Part shown: piece by piece, positions 55,164-64,000 of the stretch | How positions within the stretch are numbered: the stretch's first letter is position 1 | Layout of the letters: the number at the start of each line of letters is the position of its first letter | From: the human T2T-CHM13v2.0 reference genome, Homo sapiens | Length of the DNA: 64,000 nt | NCBI RefSeq assembly: GCF_009914755.1 | Contig: NC_060930.1 | Reading direction: 5' to 3' (one strand) | The notes under the pieces: generated by a model | What the model was told of the DNA's origin: nothing | Database searches by the model: none | Seen by the model: only the letters and a program-made list of their open reading frames with translations | Made by a program: the position numbers and the translations under genes

Positions 55164-55474
55164 TCAGTATTGCCATCGACTTCAGTTTTCAGGTAGCTGC
55201 TACCTGGAGTCTCTTTGGTCCAACCCAGTTGCTTGCTTGGCTGAGCTATAGGAAGTGGCACTGCATTTTTCTACCTTAGCCACCTCTTCCTCATCCTCCC
55301 TCTGTCCTATCCCTTCCATTTTGACCTTCAGGGAGTGTTCCACTCCTTCACATCTAATTTCTTCCTCCCTGTTTTGGAGTTTGTTACAATCATATCAAGA
55401 ACACCCTATTCCACAAAATAATATATGAGTAGTTTCCTTAGAACAGTAGTTATGTTTCTATTTCATAATTATGG

Positions 55475-55757
55475 TTTTTTTTTGAGATGGAGTCTTGCTC
55501 TGTTGCCCAGACTGGAGTGCAGTGGTGCAATCTCAGTAAACTCCGCCTCTTGGGTTCAAGTGATTCTCTTGCCTCAGCCTCCCAAGTAGCTGGGATTACA
55601 GGTGCCTGCCACAACACTGGCTAATTTTTGTATTTTTAGTAGAGATGAGGTTTCATCATATTGGCCAGGCTGGTCTTAAACTCCTGGCCTCAAGTGATCC
55701 ACCCACTTCGGCCTCCCAAAGTGCTGGGATTACAGGCAGGAGCCACAGTGCCCTGCC
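55475..55757 (-). mobile_element. AluS
   Basis: Antisense Alu with AATTATG flanks. Confidence 0.9.
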
Positions 55758-56244
55758 TATAAATTATGTTTTAATGGCTGATATGGATGTTTCCCTCTAT
55801 TGTAACTTGACATTGTAGCTGCTTAAAACAAGAAGCTTATACTCAGTAAATGCAAACACTTTTCTCCTCTAGAGGGATTTTTTTTTTTTTTGGCATTTAT
55901 AAACTTCCCTTTGGACACGTCATTTTTTCCCCCATCCTTATGCAGAAGAGTATGTTCAGCTTTTGGAAACAATACTTACTAGTTTTATAATTTTGCTAGT
56001 TCTTTTCTCCTCTTAATTGCTCTTTGGATTTTCTCCAAAATGTTAGCATTTATTTGCAATTAAAAGGTGCCAAAAACATGGCCACATTTCTTCCCCTATC
56101 TTGGAGCTAAGCTAACTTGTTTCCTAATTCAGCAAGGTCTCATCTAACTCTGAATATAGCCAGTTGAGCTGTAAAACAAACAAAGAATCAAATTTTGAGC
56201 TCCAAGAAGGGCATTTTTATAAGAAATATAATATATTTTGAAAA

Positions 56245-56577
56245 ATTTCAGAGACAGAATCTCACTCTGTTGCCTAGGCTGAGTGCAGTGGCACAATCTT
56301 GGCTCACTGCAGCCTTGAACTCCTGGGCTCATGCCATCCTCCCACTTCAGCCTCCTGAGTAGCTGGGATTATAAGTGTATACCACAATGCCCAGCTATTT
56401 TTTTAAATTAAAAAACAAATTTTTTTAGTAAAATTTTTTTAAATTTGTTTTTGTAGAAATGGGGTCTTGCTATGTTGCCCAGGCTTGTCTTGAACTCCTG
56501 GGCTCAAGTGATCCTCCTGCCTTGGCCTCCCAAAATGTTGGCATTACTTACAGGTGTGAGCTACCATACCTGGCCTG
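56245..56577 (-). mobile_element. AluJ
   Basis: CACTGCAGCCTTGAACTCCTGGGCTCA and expanded linker. Confidence 0.9.
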
Positions 56578-57029
56578 GTACATTTTTAAATTGGGACCCA
56601 CAGTCCTTTCTCTAACACAATGGCTCTCAAACTTTAGAATAAGCTGGAAAGCTTACTAAAAAAGGTGTAAGCCTAGGCCTGTCTCATACCAAATTAGAAT
56701 CTTCAGGAAGTAGGGTCGAGGCAAGTCTGGGAATCACTACCACAACATGTAAATAGCTGAGGATTAAGGGCCTGTTGAGGATTAAGGGCCTATTGCTACA
56801 GAGTGGTAATCTTGAGATTGATTTTGTCGCAATTTGAATGATTTTATTCATTTCAATAAGGGAAAGAAAGAAGGGGACTAGAAATTAGTGAGTACAAACT
56901 TCAAGGCCTTTGCACCTGCTGTTTTTGCTACCTGGGATGCTCTTTCTCCACATGTCAATTTCCTGTCTCCTCCTCAGCAGTTAGTGTCAGCTAGAATGTG
57001 CTCTCATCAGAGAACTGTTCCACGATAGT

Positions 57030-57300
57030 CTTTTATTTTTTTTTTTTTTTTGAGATGGAGTCTTGCTCTGTCATCCAGGCTGTGGTGCTATCTTGGCCCA
57101 CTGCAACCTCCACCTCCCAGGTTCAAGTGATTCTCAGCCTCCCCGGTAGCTGGGATTACAGGTGCATGCCACCACTCCCGGCTAATTTTTGTATTTTTAG
57201 TAGAGATGGGGTTTCACCATGTTGGTCAGGCTGTTCTCAAACTCCTAACCTCAAGTGATCCGCCCACCTTGGCCTCCCAAAGAGCTAGAATTACAGGCAT
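57030..57300 (-). mobile_element. AluS within an L2 fragment
   Basis: Antisense Alu. Flanks carry GCCTTTGCACCTGCTG and CCTGGCACATAATAGGTGCT L2 motifs. Confidence 0.85.
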
Positions 57301-57635
57301 TCTTATCTAAAGAAGTATTTCCTCTTCTCACTCCCACTTTCTATTATTTCAGCCTGTTTTATTGCCTTTATAATACTTACAAATCATTGTCTGAAGTTAT
57401 CTTGTTTATAGCTTTATAGTTTATTGTCCTCTTCCCCTATTGGAATGTACTTCCTAAATCCTCAAGCCTAGGACAGTACCTGGCACATAATAGGTGCTTA
57501 AAGGTGAATGAATGAATAAATATGCTAGGTATATCTATACATGATTTCACGGAATCCCCACAGCTACCTAGTAAAGTAGACGTTGTTCTGTCTGTTTCAT
57601 GTTTGAGGAAACTGAGGCTCAGAGAAAGTAAATCA

Positions 57636-57968
<333 letters not shown>

Positions 57969-58600
57969 ATCACTTGCTCCAAAGTCACTTGGTTAGTGGC
58001 TTGTGTTATTGGAATTTGAACCCAGGTCTGCTTGACCTCAGTGTCTGTGTTTCTTCTAGTAGCACATATCAAGCAGTAGGAGATGCTGTGCCCAGTTAAC
58101 AGAAATGGAAATTATTTCCCTGTCCTCAATGTGCTTGTATCTCAGTGGGATGACAGATTTGCAAACACATATAAGGACAGGCAAAGTTTAAACGTGGTGA
58201 GGACAGCTAATGTGGTAATGATGACCCTTTGAGTTGCCCTTTTCTCTGGGAATGGCACCCCCGTCCACCCAGTTTTTCAGATAACTCTTCTCTTTGTTTC
58301 ATCACAAATGGCCATCCAACCACTAAGTCCTGTTAATTTCTACCTCCTAGTTATGGCTCAAATTGCAAGGGGTGTGGAAATGTATATTCATGGACATCTT
58401 CTTCAGAGAGGTGACCCTGCTTCTTCAACTGATCTACTGCAACTGCCCTGTGACTTCCTCACTCATCCTCTCTAATCCATTCTCAGTCTGCAATCCATCT
58501 GTCATTTCATCCATTCTGGAGCCAGACAGGGCCTTGTAAAACAAATTTTATTTCATCTCTTTGCTTAAGACTCAAGAGCTACCCATAGCTCTTAATGTAA

Positions 58601-59092
<492 letters not shown>

Positions 59093-59404
59093 TAGGAAGC
59101 CCTCCCTGATCACCCAAGTCTAATTAAGTGCCCCTCATCTGCACTTCCACAATACGCTACTCATCCTTACATCATGACACTTATAAATGATATTGTAATT
59201 ACTTTTTTGTCTGTGTACTTCAAGAAGGCATGTTCATCATTGACTATTAGTGAATAGCATTGTGCGTGACATTCAGAAGGTGCTTAATACTTTGTTGTTG
59301 TTTTTGGTACATGAAGGAAGTAAGTTGCTGGTGATATAAAGGCATTTGTGATGGAATTTCAGGCAGGAAGGGAGGACTTGTTTTGACAGACAGAAGCCTG
59401 GTCC

Positions 59405-60597
<1,193 letters not shown>

Positions 60598-62010
60598 ACT
60601 CTCTTACGTCCATTTGGACAATCTGAAGGTCTATGCCAGCTCCGGAGCTCCCTGAAGAATGGGCTGAGGCCTCTGTTGTGAGCAAAACAGTTTCTCCTTC
60701 ACCTATTTCCTGCCTTCTTCATTTTCTCCCAGGTGGATCTCCTGGGATGGCATTACATTGCTAAAAATGGCACATAAACTGACTTCATGCCACTCTGTCT
60801 TAGAATCTGTTTCCAGAGAGCCTTTCTATGACCCTCAAATTATAGGACACAACGGCTACTTATCTGCGTATATTACAAATTCTGATCTCTGCTTCGGCAA
60901 TATCACACTAAGTGTGACTGAAGAATTTATTCTCTGAGGAGCAGCACCATTTAAAGAGAAAGATGTGATAATATTACCAGTCTGAGGGGTGACATTTGTA
61001 CAGTCCTCAGTAGCTGAAAAACGACAGAACAAAGAGTATCAGATGAAGTTTCAACCCTGAGACCCATTTTATGTACCCGTTTTATGTCTCTTTAGTTCCT
61101 TTTTGGAGTCATTACATTGCTAAAAATATATGCAATCCTATTTTACCTCTAGAGCTTCCTTTCCAACAGGCTGCTGATTTTGTTGATTAAATAGGCCTAT
61201 TCACCAAAAGAAAATCTGAATGCTTACCATTGCACATGTACCTTTCTGTTGGTCTTTAGGTCATGGGTTTTGAAATCTCACGTTATTTGACAACACCTTC
61301 AAGAGAAGAAGAGTTATGCCTGACTACTACTGGCATTGTAGATGGCAGAATATCTCAGGGTATGTAGGAACTGGTTTCATTAATCCAAAACCTACCTTTC
61401 TTCCCCTCCCTGAGGGCATTCCTAAAAAGTATGGGAAGAATGTAGTAATCAATAAGTTTGAAAAAATTAAAATTCTTACCATGTGTCTAGGTGGATTCTG
61501 GCACAGTGTTTGTTTGGATAGCCCAGGAAGATTCGTGTAGGGAGTGATGGAAGGTTCTATAATAGCTCCTCCAGCATCTGCCCTTTCCTGCTTTGCTCCA
61601 GGTGATGACTTGGTTCTTAGAGGGCTGCTGTCAGCTATTCTGAGATGGGGCATTAGCTAATAATAGCTGGTCCTATGAGCATCGTACCAGGAATTTGTGT
61701 AGCCCTGCAGTCATTTAAATTATGAATTCAATTTTGGATTGACAGACTGTGCCAAATACGACTTTAGCCAGAGTATACTTATTGAAGTCAGAACTTGTGA
61801 GAACTCAAGAATTACCAGAGCCAATGCACTCTGAATCACATAGTCCTGAGAACTGAGCTGTCCTGAAAGCACAAGGTGTTTCTTTCATTAAACCAGTATT
61901 GGATTTATTAATTCATGTATTCACCCATCAAACATTTCCTGAGTCCTTTGTAAGGCACTGAACCTGATCCTAGTAACAAAGACCAATAAGACAGTCTTCA
62001 CCTTCTAGGA

Positions 62011-62349
62011 GAGGGGCTGGCACACTTTTTCTCTAAAGGGCAAGAGAGAAACTATTTTAGGCTCTGTGTGCCATACGGGTCAATGTTGAAACTGCTGAAT
62101 TCTGCCATTGCAGTGCTGAGGCAGCCAAAGACCATATATGAATGAATAATAATAGCTGCGTCCCAATAAAATATTATTTAAGGATGCTAAAATTTAAATT
62201 TCGTATAATTTTTTGTGTCAAAAAACATTATTTATTTTTATTTTTCAAAACCATTTAAAAATGTTTTTTAAACATTTTTAGCTCATGAACTGTACAAAAT
62301 CAGGTGGTGGGCTGAATTTGGTTCGTGGGCCACAATTTACAGGCCTCTG
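62011..62349 (+). mobile_element. MER58B-like hAT MITE within an L2 fragment
   Basis: GGGGCTGGCACACTTTTTCTCTAAAGGGC..CAGGTGGTGGGCTGAATTTGG..CCTCTG and TSD TCTAGGAG/TCTAGGAA. Confidence 0.75.
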
Positions 62350-63094
62350 TCTAGGAATGAATTATTGGTCTCTTTGTGGGGATGGACATGCAAATAGGTA
62401 ATTCCCATATGACTTGTAAATGTGTCAATCAATTAAGACTCTGCTATGGGAATACAATGAGGAAGCCATGGATTCTGCACCAGGGTATGAAAGGAACTTC
62501 ACAAGGGGGTAGATGTTAGATGTAGATTTTGGAGGAGGGTAGGTTTGCCAAGAGAAGCAGTGAGAGGACCTTTCAGACCATCAAGATATATAGTGGAATA
62601 AAGGGCACTGATTTTGAGGCATAATGAGTGGCTCAGAATAGCTACAGCATAGAATCTAGTGTGATGGGAGGTGGTGAGGTAAGGGAAGGAGTTTGAGTGG
62701 GATGAGCGATGAGGCTAAAAAAATGAATCAGCTGTTGTGTCAAGTCATTAAGCCTGACTTTATATGCAATGTGAACCTACAGAAATCTAAGCAGGGAAAG
62801 TAGGGTAGTTTTTTTTAATAATTAAATTTTTATAATAAAAATTTTAGGCATAGAAAGGTTAATGAATTATATACTTATCAAGCAGCTTCAGAAATAATAA
62901 AATTTTTAGACAGAAAAAAGATTAAAGAATTATATAATATACCTATCAAGCAGTTTCAGAAATAACATTACAAATACTGCTGAAGGCCACTGTTACCTCT
63001 GTCTGATCATATTTACTAATCCCCTTTTCTAAAGGTAGCTGCTATCCTGAATTTGGAATTTATCATTCTTATTCTATTTTTGTTTTTACTTTTA

Positions 63095-63768
<674 letters not shown>

Positions 63769-64000
63769 TGAGATTGATCTATGTTGATACATGTAATACT
63801 AGTTTATTCATTTCATTGCTGTATAAGATTTTATTTTGTAAACAAACCATAATTTATTTATTCCTGTAGATAGACATTTAGTCCTTTTGAGTTTTTCACT
63901 TTTCACTATGTTCTAGGGTCTTTTGATACACAGAAATTTTACTTTTAATGTAGTCTTTTTAAAGAAATCCTTTTGGTCCAGAGGTCATAAAGATTTCCTA

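Overview
This is primate (human-like) genomic DNA. It is almost entirely non-coding and dense in interspersed repeats: about 30 Alus, L1/L2/MIR fragments, MaLR/ERV LTRs and hAT/Tigger DNA-transposon fossils. I cannot support any intact host protein-coding gene; nearly all ORFs in the track are Alu, LTR or L1 read-throughs. The main landmarks are a MER11 solo LTR, three LTR12 (ERV9) solo LTRs, an orphan CpG island near 45.1-45.7 kb, and an L1-mobilised, internally deleted HERV-W processed pseudogene at 49.9-54.0 kb. Three observations stand out. (i) A ~1 kb retroposed copy at 6.2-7.2 kb whose apparent source lies 30 kb away in the same window. (ii) A ~300-bp unit present in five full or partial copies, two of which form a local inverted repeat. 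(iii) Strongly strand-asymmetric loss of cytosine just downstream of the promoter in two of the three LTR12s. I see no convincing novel protein-coding system. Repeat family names come from my recall of consensus sequences, not from a search, and most boundaries are approximate.
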